Shown here: piece after piece, positions 25,861 to 40,599 of the stretch | Layout of the letters: each line of letters opens with the position of its first letter | Position numbering within the stretch: position 1 is the stretch's first letter | DNA from: the human T2T-CHM13v2.0 reference genome, Homo sapiens | Length of the DNA: 64,000 nt | Assembly: GCF_009914755.1 (NCBI RefSeq) | Contig: NC_060927.1 | Reading direction: 5' to 3' (one strand) | Translations under genes and position numbers: made by a program | Notes under the pieces: generated by a model | What the model was told of the DNA's origin: nothing | The model's database searches: none | Seen by the model: only the letters and a program-made list of their open reading frames with translations

Positions 25861-27203
25861 TGTTTTTTTTGGCTATTTTTTTCTGGTAGTTTAGACAAAT
25901 ATTCTCTCAAAAATTTGCATGTGATTTTAAGTCATAATCTCATCATCTGCCTTGGATAGACTTTTCAAGAGAACTTCATTCTTAGAAGGGAAGGTTTTGA
26001 TAGTGATGAGATGAAAGTGGGAGTAAAGCCTTTATTCCTTTGAGTTACTTATTTAGAAAGAATGTGCAGACAGCTTTCAATCAATCATGCTATTTTGTGC
26101 ATTCTTACTCAGAATAAGTTACTCCTTTTATATGCCTTTGAGAAGAGAATGTTGAGCCTTGGATTAGCAAAGCCATCAGAATAATACACAATATGTTTTA
26201 TTTTTTCTTATTCCTGTTGTGGCTTTTTGCCTATAAAGCTTTTCTGACCTACAGACTGCACCTGCTCTGTCAGTCATTTACCCTTTGTTCTATAAATTGT
26301 ATCAGAAGAGACTTTTATCTTTTTGAATTTACTTGGGTGATTTTACTCCTTTAGGGTTATGATGAACTCAGGTAAAAACACTACTACTATCACTGAGGAA
26401 ACGAAAATGAAAATCAAGACAAGATTTTTATAATTTGCTTATTATATCTTCTTTAGTGAACTCACCATTAAGGAGGCACCATGACTGGGCTGTGAATACA
26501 CTGAAGAATATGAAGTGTTATTACTTTGAGGAACTTCTACAAATTGTGTGGTCATGTACAAATTCTATCTACTCTTCTATTAATTTTTCATTAAATATGA
26601 CTCAGCCTCAAATGTTCTTTTATTATAGTTATATATATATATATATATATTTTTTTTTTTTTAGTACTTACCAAGTACTTTGAGAATAGATTTTTCTGTT
26701 GGAATTCTCTGCAAAAGATCACTAAGTACTTTGATGGTAATGATCAATCACCAAACACAATTTTTCAACTCTCTTAAACTGAACAAATTTTCTTAAAATA
26801 AATAAAAATGCATAATGAAATGTATCTTAGCTAACGTTTCTTAATTTCAAGGGTATTATTTTCCTAAAGAAAACAAATGTGAGTTTAAAATGAATATTAT
26901 GTAACATACATTTGAGGGCAAAGGCCAATCTGCTACTTTTCTAAACTGGTACAGTGATATTTGAGAAGGTCTTCCTTTTAATCAAAAGTCCTCTGGAACC
27001 TTTTGCTGGAAATGACTCTTGCAGATATTTTATTGCTTATTTTTTCTCATAGCCAAACGATTTACTTGTAACTATTATTAACAAATTCATATTGATAGGC
27101 TTAAAGATTTTATTGTAATTCAACCCCACTATTATGAACATTCATTATAGTTCTCTTCTTCTAAACTTCTCATTTTTCATGGTAAGGCTGTCTTATGTTA
27201 ATT

Positions 27204-27443
27204 TCACCTGTTCAAGACCAGCCTGGTCAACATGGTGAAACCCCTGTCCATACTAAAAATACAAAAATTAGCCAGGCATGGTGGCGCATGCCTGTAATCC
27301 GAGCTACTCAGTGGGCTGAAGCAAGAGAATCTCTTGAACCGTGGAGGCAGAGGATGCAGTGAGCCAAGATTGTGCCACTGCACTCCAGCCTGGGTGACAG
27401 AGTGAGATTCTGTCTCGAAAAAAATAAATAAATAAATAAAATA
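27204..27443 (+). mobile_element. AluS, 5'-truncated, (AAAT)n tail
   Basis: 'ttcaagaccagcctggtcaacatggtgaaacccc'...'tgtctcgaaaaaaataaataaa'. Confidence 0.95.
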
Positions 27444-27554
27444 CAACTTACTATTTTTAACTATAATCACCCAATTAAGCAATAGAACATCAAAATTATT
27501 TTTTCCTGTTAGTTTTTACTCATTGACCAACCTTTCTGTATCCCCAAGCATGTG

Positions 27555-30190
27555 TTTTGAGGGGAAAAATTCTTAATTCTTAAATGAAGCCCAATTTACC
27601 AATTTTTGCAGCTATTCTGCTTTCAATGTGGCATCTAAAAAATATTGGCCTAACCCCAAATCACAAAGATTTTCTCCAATATTTTCCATTAAAAAATTTA
27701 TAGTACTGGGTCTTACAGTTAGGTCTATGATTGATTTGAAATTAATTTTTACATATGCTTCGAGATATGAATAAACTTTCTTTTATCTTTGCACATAGAT
27801 ATCAAATTATTTCAGCACCATTTGTAGAAAAGACTAGCCTTTATTCATTGCTTTGTTATTGTATTTTGGCAGAAGATTAACTAGCTGTATTTACGTGAGT
27901 CTATTTCTGAACTCTATTCTTTTCTATCGATTTCTTTACTGTATCTATCTGGATACCAACACAAACATATCTTGATTATTGTAGCTTTGTGTTAAGTCTT
28001 GAAATCAGAAAGTATAAATCCTCCAACTCTGTTTTTCTCTTACAAAGATATGAGGCTATTTAAGTTCCTTTACTATTCCACATGAATTTTGGAACCAACT
28101 TGTTAATCTCCAAAAAAAAAAAAAAAGCCTGTTTGGATTTTCATTGGCATTGCATTGAACCTATATACCTACATTGGGAGAACGGACACTGACATTTAGC
28201 GATAGTTACATGATACACAATCACTGTACAGATCTCCATTCATTCAAGTCTTATTTAATTTCTCTTAGCAATGTTTGCCATTTTCAAAGTAGAGGTCTTA
28301 TACTCTGTGGTTAAATTTATTACTAAGTATTTTATATTCTATTGCTAGTGTAAAGGGTAATATATTTGTAATTTCAATTTATAATTGTTGCTAGTACACA
28401 GAATCATAACTTTTTAAATATTGACTATGTCCTATAAACTTTGCTAAACACACTTACTAGTTCTAGTAGCTCCTTTATATACACTGCAAATTTGCTATAT
28501 AATTATATCTTATTTGAATAAAGACAGTTTTATGTATTCCTTTCCTATCTTGATGCCTTTTATTTCTTTTTCTTTTCTTACTCAACCAACTGGAACTTAC
28601 AGAACAATTTTGAATAAAAGTAATAACAGATGTCTTTGCTTTGTTTTTAATGTTGTGGAGAAAATATTCAGTCTATAACTGCAAAGTATAAGGCTTGCTG
28701 CAGGTTTTTCATTAATGACCTTCATTAAGTTGAGACAGTTTTCTATTTCTGGTTTGCTACAAGTTTTGATGAGTGGATTTTGCATTTCTCAAATGTTTTT
28801 TCTGTGCCTATGAATATGATCATATGATTATCATTATTTAGCCTGTTGATGACGAATTATATTGATCTACTTTAAGATGTTAAAACAGAATTCATGAACA
28901 CTAAAGGGTAGATTCATTTGCTAAAATTTTGTTAAGAATATTTGCATCTGTGCATATGAAAAGTATATGTCTGTAGCGTTCTTATATTGTGTCTAGCTGT
29001 TTGTGGCACTGGGTAATGCTGGTCTCAGAATGGATTGGGAAGAATTTTCTTCTTTTATATTATCTCCAAGAGTTTATGTAGAAAATATTCATTCACTGTT
29101 TAGTGTAACATACCATGAAACCATCAAGCCTGGAGTTTTCTTATAGTGCAGTAATGTTTTTAGCTAAAAGTTCTTTTTTAAATGATGTAGAAAATTTCAC
29201 ATTATCTATTTCTTCTTAAGTGATCTTTTTTAACTATTTTTTTTTTAATTTAGAGGGATTTGAAGAAGACGGGGGAAGTGAATTGAGCTTGAGTGGTCTC
29301 TGATACTTTGGTATTTCAAGAAATTTGCCTTTTCTCTCTAAGTCATCAAAGATATTAGTATTATTGACTCATAATATTTATGAATTATCATTTTTATATC
29401 TGTAAGATATTTAATTATGTCACCTCTCTTTTTCCAAATATTGATTCATGGTGTTCCTTTTGTTTTCATCAGCCTTGCTAGAATATTTTCACCTTTAATG
29501 ATCTTCACAGTCACACACACAAAAACCCACACACAAAAAAAACAAGCTTGGGATGTAGTGACTTTAATATTCTTTTTTCTGGGTTATATTTCAATGACTT
29601 TTGTGTTTATCTTTATCGTTTGTTTTTATCATTTAATTTTTTCTGCTTTGTTTAGACTTAATTTTTTATCTTCTTTTTCTAAATCCTTAAAGTGGATGCT
29701 AAACTTGTTGATTTGAGACCTTTCTTCTTTTTAGCATATTTATATTTATTGATAGAAATCATCCTCTACTCACTACCTTAAAGGCATCTGACAAATTTTT
29801 ATATGCTGTGTTGTTTTCATTCAGTTTAAAATACTGATTTCCTTTTGGTTTCTTCTACAAACCATAGATTATTTAAAAGTCTGCTATTTAATATTTAAAT
29901 ATTTGGATAATTTCTAGATATTTTCTGTTCTTGATTTGTAGTGTAAATTGTTATTCAATAGCATACCTGGTATAATTTAAATTAACTATATTGAGACTTG
30001 TTATATTACCTGTAATATGATGTATCATAGTAAATGTTTTTATGCATTTGCATGTTTTTTATGCTGCTGTTGGGTGAAGTGTTCCATAACTCTACCTAAT
30101 TAGGTCATGTTTATTGATAGTGTTTTTCTAGTCTTCTAAATCCTCACTGATATTGCCCACTACTTCTATCAGTTACTGTGAAATAATTAT
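27555..30190 (-). mobile_element. Old L1M ORF2, decayed
   Basis: ORF 28597-28785 (QNPLIKT...EKPAASLIL...LLFKIVL) resembles L1 RT-region IQHPFMIKTL...KPTANIIL...LLFNIVL. Confidence 0.85.
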
Positions 30191-30640
30191 TGAAAAGTTT
30201 CTTCCAGGACAGGAAGCTGAGATCACTCCCAGTATTCATCCTGCTAAACCCTCAGCACATCTAATTGAGAGAGATCCCAGCCACCCTCATCAAGGCTGGG
30301 ACTTTGCCCCACCATCGAGTATCACATATATCACCTGCCTTAGCCACAACTGGTGCTTACCCCTCATTGGCCTGAATCCTGAATTATCAATTCAGAAAAT
30401 GTTTTAAAAAATAAAAAAAAACTGAGAAAAAACTAACTAAATAAGTAAAGTGTACACCATGAGAGAACAAGTTCCAAGAGATTTCTGCTATTCCAATTAC
30501 ATAAAAGTCAGTAAACTCACCCACACACCAAGAATATTACTATTACAACCATTATTAGAGAAAGCCAGGATTCAAAGACTCTCTATAACTAAAAAATTTG
30601 TACAGAATCTTCACCCATACAGGCATCAATAATCAAATTA

Positions 30641-30962
<322 letters not shown>

Positions 30963-32138
30963 GATTAGACTAAAACAAACATTGAAGCCCAACCCTCAAG
31001 AGGGAAAAATAAGAAATTCTAAACAAAACGAAAACAAAAACACAGTCTAATCAAAAATAAATTCAAGAGTAATTTGAAAAAATCATCTATGCACATGAGA
31101 AAGAACCAGAAAAGTAATTCTGGTCTTATGACAAAAAATGTTTCCACAGCAGCCCCTAAGGATCACATTAGCTCTCCAGCAATGGATCCAAACCAAGAAG
31201 AAACTTCTGAATTGCCAGAGAAAATACACAGAAGGTTGATTATTGAGCTACTCAAGGAGATGCCAGAGAAAGGTGAAAACCAATTTAAAAAGTTTAAAAA
31301 ACACAAACGATATGAATGAAAAATTTTTGAGAGAAACAGATATCATAAAGAAAAAGCAATCACAACTTCTGGGAATAAAGAACTTATTTAGAGAATACAA
31401 AATGTAGTGGAAAGTTTCAACAATAGACTAGAACATGTAGAACAAAGAACTTCAGAGCTCGAAGATAAGGCTTTCAAATTAACCCAATCAGAAAAAGACA
31501 AAGAAAGGAGAATTTAAAAAAATGAACAAAGCCCCTAAGAAATTAGTGATTATGCTAAATGGCCTAACTTAAGAATAATAGGTGTTCCTGAGGAAGAAAA
31601 GAAATCTAAAAGTTTGGAAAACTTATTTGAAAGAATACTTGAGGAAAAATGTCCTGGCCTTCTTAGAGATCTAGACATCCAGATACAAGAAGCTCAAAGA
31701 ATTCCTGGGAAACTGATTGCAATAAGATTATCACCAAGGCACATAGTCATTAGATTATCCAAAGTCAAGATAAAGGAAATAATCTTAAGAGCTGTGACAC
31801 AAAAGCATCAGGTAAGCTATAAAGGAAAACCTATTAGATTAACAGCAGATTCCTGAACAAAATAATTGTCAGGCAATAATTTTGTATTCAGCAAAACTAA
31901 GCTTCATAAATCAAGGAGAGATAGTCTTTTTCAGACAAACAAATGCTGAGGAAATTTGTCAGTACAAAATCAGCACTACAAGAAATGATAAAAGGAGCCC
32001 TAAATTGTGAAACAAAATCTTGAAATATACCAAAATAGAATTTCCTTAATGCATAAATCTCACGGAGCCTATAAAAGAATAACACAATGAAATAAAAACC
32101 AAAGTATTTAAGCTGTAACTAATATGATAAATAGAAGA

Positions 32139-34419
32139 TGATATGGTTTGGCTCTGGGTTCTCACCCAAATCTCATCTTGTCACTCCCATAATTCCCACA
32201 TGTTGTGGGAGGGACCCAGTGAGAGATGATTGAATCATGGTGGCAGATCTTTCCCATGGTGTTCTCATGATAGTGAAGGGGTCTCATGAGATCTGGTGGT
32301 TTTAAAAATGAAAGTTTCTTGGCATACATTCTCTCTTTCCCTGCTGCCATCCAAGTAAGATGTGATGTGCTCCTCCTAGTCTTTCACCATAATTGTGAGA
32401 TCTCCCCAGCCATGTGGATCTGTAAGTCCAATAAACCTCTTTATTTTGTAAATTGCCCAGTCTTGGGTATGCCTTTATCAGCAGTGTGAAAACAGTCTAA
32501 TATGGTAAATTGGTACCAGTAGAGTGGAGTGCTGCCAAAAAGATACCCAAAAATGTGGAAGTTACTTTGGAACTGGGTAACAGGCAGAGGTTGGAACAGC
32601 TTGGAGGGCTCAAAAAAAGGCAGGAAAAATGTGGGAAAGTTTGGCCATTCTTAGAGACTTGTTGAATATCTTTGACAAAAAATGCTGATAGTGATATAAA
32701 CAATAAGGTCCAGGCTGAAGTGGTCTCAGACGGAGATGAAGAACTTGTTGGGAATTGGAGCAAAGGTGACTCTTGTTATGTTTTAGCAAAGAGAATGGTG
32801 GCATTTTGCCTCTGCCCTAGAGATTTGTGAAACTTCAGACTTGAGAGAGGATGATTTAGGGTATCTAGTGGAAGAAATTTCTAAGCAGCAAAGAATTCAA
32901 GATGTGACTTGGGTGCCGTTAAAGGCATTTGGTTTCAAAGGAAAACAGAGCATAAAAGTTTGGAAAATTTGCAGCCTGACAATGCAATACAAAAGAAAAT
33001 CCCATTTTCTGAGAAGAAATTCAATCTGGTGACAGAAATTTGCATAAGTAATGAGGAGTCAAATGTTAATCACCAAGGCAATGGGGAAAATGTCTCCAGG
33101 CCATGTCAGAGAACTTGCAGAAGGCCTCCCATCACAGGCCCAAAGGCCAAGGGGGAAAAAGTGGTTTAGTGAGACTGCCCCAGGTTCCTTGTGCTGTGTG
33201 CAGCCTAAAACCTTGATGTCCTGTGTCCCAGCCGCTCTAGCCATGGCTGAAAGGGGCCAGCGTAGAAGTTGGGCTGTGGCTTTAGAGGGTGCAAGCCTAA
33301 AGCATTGTCAGCTTCTACATGGTGTTGAGCCTGCAGGTGCACAGATGTCAAGAATTGAGGTTTGGGAACCTTCACCTAGATTTCAGAAGATGTATGGAAA
33401 TACCTAGATGCCCAGGAAGAAGGTTGCTGTAGGGGCAGAAGCCTCATGGAGAACCTCTGCTGGGGCAGGGCAGAAGAGAAATTTGGGGTCGGAGCTCCCA
33501 CAAAGAGTTCCTACTGGGCCCATGCCTAGTGTACCTGTGAGAGGAGGCCACCATCCTCCAGACCCCAGTATGATAGATCCACTGACAGCTTGCACTATGC
33601 ACCTGGAAAAGCCACAGATACTCAATGCCAGCCATGAAGGCAGCCAGGAAGGAAGCTGTACCCTGCAAAGCCACAGGGGCAGAGCTACCTCAGATCATGG
33701 GAACCCATCTTCTGCATCATCAGCATGACCTGGATGTGAGACACGGAGTCAAAGGAGGTCATTTTGGAGCTTTAAGATTTGATTGTCCCAGTAGATTTTG
33801 GACTTGCATGGGGACTGTAGCCCCATTGTTTTGGCCAGTTTCTCCCATTTGGAATGGCTGCATTTACCCAACGCCTGTACCCCCATTGTACCTAGGAAGT
33901 AACTAACTTCCTTTGGATTTTATAGGCTCATACAAAGTAGGGGCTTCCCTTTTCTTGGCTGAAACTTTGAACTGTGGACTTTTGAGTTAATGCTGAAATG
34001 AGTTGAGACATTGGGGGACTGTTGGCAAGGCGTGACTGGTTTTGAAATATGAGGATATGAGATTTGGGAGGGGCCGGGGTGGAATGATGAGCTTTGGCTC
34101 TCTGTCCCCACACAAATCTCATCTTGTAGCTCCCATAATTCCCACATGTTTTGGGAGGCACCCAGTGGAAGATGATTGAATCATGGGGTCAGGTCTTCCT
34201 CAAGTTGCTCTCGTGATAGTGAATGGGTCTAGTGAGAACCAATGATTTTAAAAACAGGAATTTCTCTGCATAAGCTCTCTCTTTGCCTGCTGCCATCCAA
34301 GTAAGATGTGACTTGCTCCTCCTTGCTTTCTGCCATGTTTGTGAGTCCAATAAACCTCTTTCTTTTGTAAATGGCCTAGTCTCAGGAATGTGTTAGCAGT
34401 GTGAAAATGGACTAATACA
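32139..34419 (+). mobile_element. Complete THE1A element (5'LTR 32139-32504, internal region, 3'LTR 34085-34419)
   Basis: Two homologous LTRs; internal starts gtaaattggtaccagtagagtgg; purine tract before 3'LTR; perfect TSD gaaga (32134-32138, 34420-34424). Confidence 0.95.
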
Positions 34420-36631
34420 GAAGAATACCCCACATCTCAATACTAATGTTGAATGTAAAATGACCTAAAGGCTCCACCTAAAAGATACAGAATGGTAGAA
34501 TGGGTAAAAACCCACCAATCAAGTATCTGCTGTCTTCAAGCGACTCAACTAACACAAGAGGACTCATATAAACTTATGATAAAAGAGTAAAAAAAGATAT
34601 TCCACACAAATGAAAACCAAAGTGAGCAGGAATAACTATTTTTAGGTCAGACAAAACAAACTTTAAAACAATAACAGTAAAAAAAGTCAAAGAAGAATAT
34701 ATCCTTTATATAATGATAAAAAGATCAGGCCAAAAGGAAGATATTGCTATACTAAATATATATTTTCCTAACACTGGGCTTCCAAATTTATAAAACAATT
34801 ACTACTAGACCTAAGAAATGAGATAGGAACACAATAATAGTGGGGGACTTCAATAATTCACTGACAGCACTAGACAAGTCATGAAGACAGAGAGTCAGCA
34901 AAGAAACACTGGGCTTAAACTATACCCTAAAACAAATGGACTTAACAAATATTTACAAAACATTTTACTCAACAACTGCAGAATATACATTTTTCTCATC
35001 AGCACATGAAACATTCTCCAAGATAGACCATATGACAGGCCACAAGACAATTCCTAGTAAATTTAAGAACATCAAAATCATATTGTCTTCTCAGACCACG
35101 GTGGAATACAACTGGAAATTAACTACAAAAAACTCTCAAAACTTTACAAATGCATGAAAATTAAATAATCTACTCTTGAATGATCTTTTGGTTAACAATG
35201 AAATCAAGAAGACAATTTAAAAAATTATTTGAACTCAATGATAATAGTGACACAACTTATCAAGACCTCTGGGATACAGCAAAGGTGGTACTAAGAGGAA
35301 ATTTCACAGCATTAAATCCCTACATCAAACAGTCTGAAAGATCACAAATATACAACCTAATGTCACACCTCCAAAAACTAGAGAACAAGAACAAACTTAA
35401 CCCAAACCCAGCAGAGGAAAATAAATTATAAAATCAGAGAAGAACTAAATGAAATTGAATTAAAAAAACACAAAAGGTAAATGATAAAAACCTGGTTCTT
35501 TGAAAAGATAAACAAAATTGATCAATCATTAGTGAGATTCATCAAGAAAAGAAGAGAGAATATCTAAATAAGCTCATTTACAAATGAAATGGGAGATATT
35601 ACAACTGATACCTCAGAAATACAAAGGATCATTGTAGGCTACCATGAACACCTTTATATGCACAAACTAGAAAATCTAGTGGAGATGGATAAATTCCAGA
35701 AAATATACAACCTCCTAGATTAAATCAGGAAGAAATAGAAACCCTAAACAGACCAACAACAAACAGTGAGATTGAATCACAATTTTAAAAAATTGTCAAC
35801 AACAAAAAAAGTCCATAACAAGATGGATTCACAGATGAATTCTATCAGACATTCAAACAAGAATTGATATAAATCCTGTGGAAACTATTTCAAAAGATAG
35901 AGAATGAGGGAATCCTCCCTAAATCATTCTATGAAGCCAGTAACATGCTAATACCCAAACCAGGAAAGGGCATAACAAACAAACAAACAAAAAACTACAG
36001 ATCCCTAATGAACATAGATGCAAAAATCTTCAACAAAATACTAGCTAACCAAATCCAACAGTGTATCAAAAAGATAATACATCATGATCAAGTGGGTTTC
36101 ATACCAGGGATGCAGGAAAGATTTGACACACACAAGTTAATAAATGTGACATATCACATGAACAGAATGAAAAACAAAAATTATGTGATCATCTCAATAG
36201 ACACTGAAAAAGCATTTGACAAAATCTAGCATCCCTTTACGATAAAAAAAACCTCAACAAAATTGGCATAGAAGGGTCATACCTCAAAGTAATAAAAACC
36301 ATGTATGACAAACCCACAGCCAACATCATACTGGATAAGGAAAAGTTGAAAGCATTCACCCTGAGAACTAGAACAAGACAAGAATCCTCACTTTCACCAC
36401 TTATACTCAACAATACTTAAAGTCCTAGCCAGAGCAATCAGACAGGAGAAAGAAATACAGGGCATCTAAATTGGAAAAGAGGAAATCAAACTGTCTCTGT
36501 TCGCTGACGATATGATCATATACCTAGAAAATCCTAAAGACTCATCCAAAAAGCTCCTAAATCTTATAAATGAATTCAGTAACAATTCAGGATACAAAAT
36601 CAATGTACACAAATCAGAAGCACTGCTATAT

Positions 36632-36800
36632 GAGTTCCCAAAAGTCCATTATATCATTCTTAATTAAGCTCCCACTTATAAGTAATAACATATGATACTT
36701 GGTTTTCCATTGCTGAGTTACTTAACTTAGGATAATTACCTCCAACTCCATCCAAGTTGCGGTAACTTATCTTGTTCCCTTTTAGGGCTGAATAGTATAT
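36632..36800 (-). mobile_element. Inverted L1PB 3'UTR fragment
   Basis: 'aaagtccattatatcattctt...gctcccacttataagt...ctccaactccatccaagttgc'. Confidence 0.8.
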
Positions 36801-38640
36801 TGTCTGATAACAATATAGACACATCCACTTTCTTAGGATTAGTGATATCATTAGCATTATATATATATGTTAGAATAACATTAGCTAATAATATCACTAG
36901 TATACAAAAATATATAACCTTTTATATATATTGTCAATCATTTTACTTTACTTTTAACCTATCTGTATCTTTATAGTTGAAGCAGGTTTGTTATACTAAC
37001 ATACATTTGAATGTTGCTGTTTTAATCCATTATCTGTATTTTGAGGTATTTAAATCATTTGTTTTTAAAGTGATTGCTGAAAAGGGTAGCTTTATATCTA
37101 TAGTTTTAAATTTTGTTTTACATTTGCCCCATTTGTACTTTGTTACTTTTTCCACTTTATCTGCTTTCTTTTGGATTGAGAATTTTCACCATCCATTTTA
37201 TCTCCATTGTTTTCTTATTAGCTATAACTCGTTTATTTTAATAATATATAATAAAACAACTTTTGTTTTAATTTTCAGTAGTTCCTTTAGGGTTTCTATT
37301 GTTTATTTGTTTTACTACTTTAAAAATGTTTATCTACTGACTCCTGTCTTTTCTTCTTGCATTGTTTGTTGTTATTCTTCTCTTTGTTCCTCTGTACACA
37401 GTCTACTCTATATACTCCAGCTAATTTTAAGCATTATGCATATATCATGCCTTTTTTGACTTTATTGAACTTAGCTATCCTCTCCTCTTCTTCATGAACC
37501 CCAATTATACTTACATTAGGGTGCTTGAAGTCATCCCATAGCTCAGTATATTTTGTGTCTGTTTCAACGTAGACAGTTTCTATTTCCATGTCTTGAAGTT
37601 CACTAATCATTTTTTCTAAAATTTCTAACACAGTTAACTATATCATCGCAATTTTCATCTCAAACACTGTAGTTTTATTCTAATTTTCTAAATGGATCTC
37701 TTTTTATCTGTCATTTTGCTACTTGCCATGCTTGACATTTCATTTACATTCTTGAATAAGTTGTGTATAGATACATATATATATAACTGTTTTAATCTTA
37801 ATGATTACTAATTCTTATCATTTGTTTTATTCCTGGGTTAATTTTTATCCACATTATGGATTGCATTTTTCTGTTTATTTGCACATCTGATAATTTTTCA
37901 TTGTGAATTTTACTTAGTTGAGTGTATAAACACATACACATGTATTTCCTATAAACATTCTTTAGCTTTGTTTTAGGATGAACTTAAATTAGTTGGAAAT
38001 AGCTCGATTCTTCTGAGGCTTGTTTAATATTAGTTTTGTTTGGTAGAATCAGAGCAGCAATTTGTCTAGAGTTAATTTTGTCCCATTACTAAGACACTAT
38101 CTTTTTTAGCACTCTACCTGATGTCTTGTGAATTTTAAGGCTTTTCTACTTTGACTAGTGGGGAGACATACATTCTCAGCTCTATGTGTGTTTCAAGAAA
38201 TATTCCCTCCAAACCTTTTATGTAATTCTTTCCCCAGACTTTGGGATTTTCCTTACGTATATGTACAACTGGTATTCAGCTGAAGTCTCTGAACATGTAT
38301 GGGGCTCTATCCCTTTGAGTCTCTTTCTTTTTACATATGCAGCTTATGCACCTCTGGCTACCTTGGTCTCCGTCTCAACTCTTATCTTTTTAACTCGGGG
38401 AGATTGCCAGGCTCTGCTGGATTACCTCTCCTTGCCCTGTGGGCTGAAAATTCTTTCTAGATAGTAGGCTGGGACAATTGTAGATTTACCTGTTTTGCAT
38501 TCCCTCTTTCAGAAATTACTGTTCTTCACTGACTAAAATCCATGGCCAAAAACTGTGTTTTCACATATCTTGTCTGATTTTAAGTTGTATCCTTCAGTAG
38601 GATAAACCCGGTCATTGTTACTTTATCTTGGCCAGATGGC
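36801..38640 (-). mobile_element. Old L1M continuation (ORF2 start, ORF1, 5' region)
   Basis: ORF 37434-37631 ISELQD...ELWDDFKHPNVSIIGVHEEEE is ORF1-like. Confidence 0.75.
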
Positions 38641-40599
38641 AAGGCTTTCATTAAGTCATTTATGGGATTACTTTTCATGGTGTAATGCATTTAATACAAA
38701 TAAAACTTTGTTTAGATGTGCCTTGATTTGTTTAATTCTCATTTTTGCATGTTTAATTTTATAATGATGCTTTTGGCTATATAAAAAGCCAAAAGCTTTT
38801 TATATATTTTTTTGTATTTTTTTAATATATGTTTTTTTGTATCTCAACATCATTATTTATCTCAAATTATTTCTGCCAGTTAATTATTAGAAGTAAATAT
38901 TATTGGTAAAAGTGTGTAGTTATTTTAATCCCTTGATGACTTTTACTTCTATTTTGAATAATGTAAAGTACTGATTTTCTGAATAATCTTTATTATAGCT
39001 AAAGAGGGAAACTCATTTCCAAATTAGCAGAGAAATGGAAAATTAATATCATGAAAATACTAGGACATAGTGACTATTTCATATTTTAAAACACCTGGAA
39101 GTTTTTTTTTAATCCTTTTTAGGCTTAAATAATATACTTTCAAACTCTAATGATTTATACAAATTATTAAAATTGTTTCATTGAAATTTGGCTTTAATTA
39201 ATATCATAATTTTCACCTGTTATGATGGAAAATTTAAAATTCAGATATATAGATAATATTTTTATTTTTAGAAGATGTAATTTGTTTTTATGATACATAA
39301 AATTTCAGTGCAAAATTGGTAGACTGTTCAAACAAAGATGAAGAAACCACATTTTTACTTAAGGAACTATTTCAGGTATAAACATTTTGTCTTAAATGTG
39401 TTATGTGAGCAGAAGCTATGGAAAGCAAACAACAAAATTTAGAATAAATGGTATTTGTAATAAAAATTGTTTTGAAAATATCAACAAAATTGATTTATGA
39501 AATTGATTTTCAGGAACACAATTCAAAGAGAATCCTTGTTGTGTGAAAAAGTATACTTATATTTCTTTAAACTATGGAAACCAGACTTCTGTCTCTTTCA
39601 CAAAACATTTCTAATTAATACAGAAATTGATTTATGATAGATGAATAGTGAGGAGACAATTAACAGTGACTATTATATTTTAAACTGCTTTCAATAATGT
39701 GAAATTATAATCTGTTGTAATTTTATCAGCATAAAAGTAAGATGTCTGAAGAAAAGAAAAAATTGATTTATATTTCAATATTTTTGACTGAAAAATCGCA
39801 TCTGTATAATGTCAATAAGGTAGAAAAGGAAGGTGAATACTGGAAATGATGTTGTAAGTAGGGGTATGGATGGAAAAAAATTAATTTTCTTCCTTTTTGG
39901 GCGAAATATTTCATAGTTTTTGTACAAATAGGCAATCAGATGAATTTTGAAAGCAGTAGAAAATTCTACTTCTTTGTACATTATAAAGCTATAGCTTTGT
40001 ACTCTATCACTGCAAAAAGTAGATTTATCACTGAAATTTTAAAAAATAGAAAGAAACCCATTATGACCTTCCAGCTTAGAGAAATACCTTGTTTGTTCAC
40101 AAAGGATATTAGTTATTAATTACTTATTTCATTCATTCATCTCTTCATTTATTCAATGACTTAACAAATTATGTTTTCACAGTCTTCCCTTTGTTTCCTA
40201 GTAGCCACATGTTCATGCTGCTGCAGAGAAGACACAATCTCTAGCTTCTCCTTTTCATGCCCAGCCCACCATACTATTACTCTGAGACTTAGCGTTCAGC
40301 CCACTTAAGGAAGAAAGTTTCTGATGGAGTTTCAATCACCCTTTGACCACCAAAGTTTAAGAGCTGCTGAAGATGAATATACATGGCAGTCTTGCATTTT
40401 CTGGCTTAAACTGTTTACTCACCTTCTCTCAATACCTTTCAGGGTTAATCTTGTCATTCCTCACTTTCCAATTCTCCTTAGTCATTTGGAGAGGCCCAAA
40501 ACATCTCTGCCATCAATCATCAAGTGAACATGCATTCCCACACAATACTGTATGCTCATTAATCTCTTTTAATCTCTTAACTCCCAAATTCTTCAAGTC

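Noticed and set aside
32841-33906. Cluster of 60-118 aa ORFs
   Set aside because: Broken remnants of the THE1 internal region; no intact gene
31074-36630. Active L1 or functional reverse transcriptase
   Set aside because: Multiple stops and frameshifts, THE1A insertion at the ORF2 start, 3' end missing
36977-37459. 160-aa hydrophobic ORF resembling a membrane protein
   Set aside because: T-rich antisense strand of a decayed L1; non-ATG start; composition explains the F/L/I/Y bias
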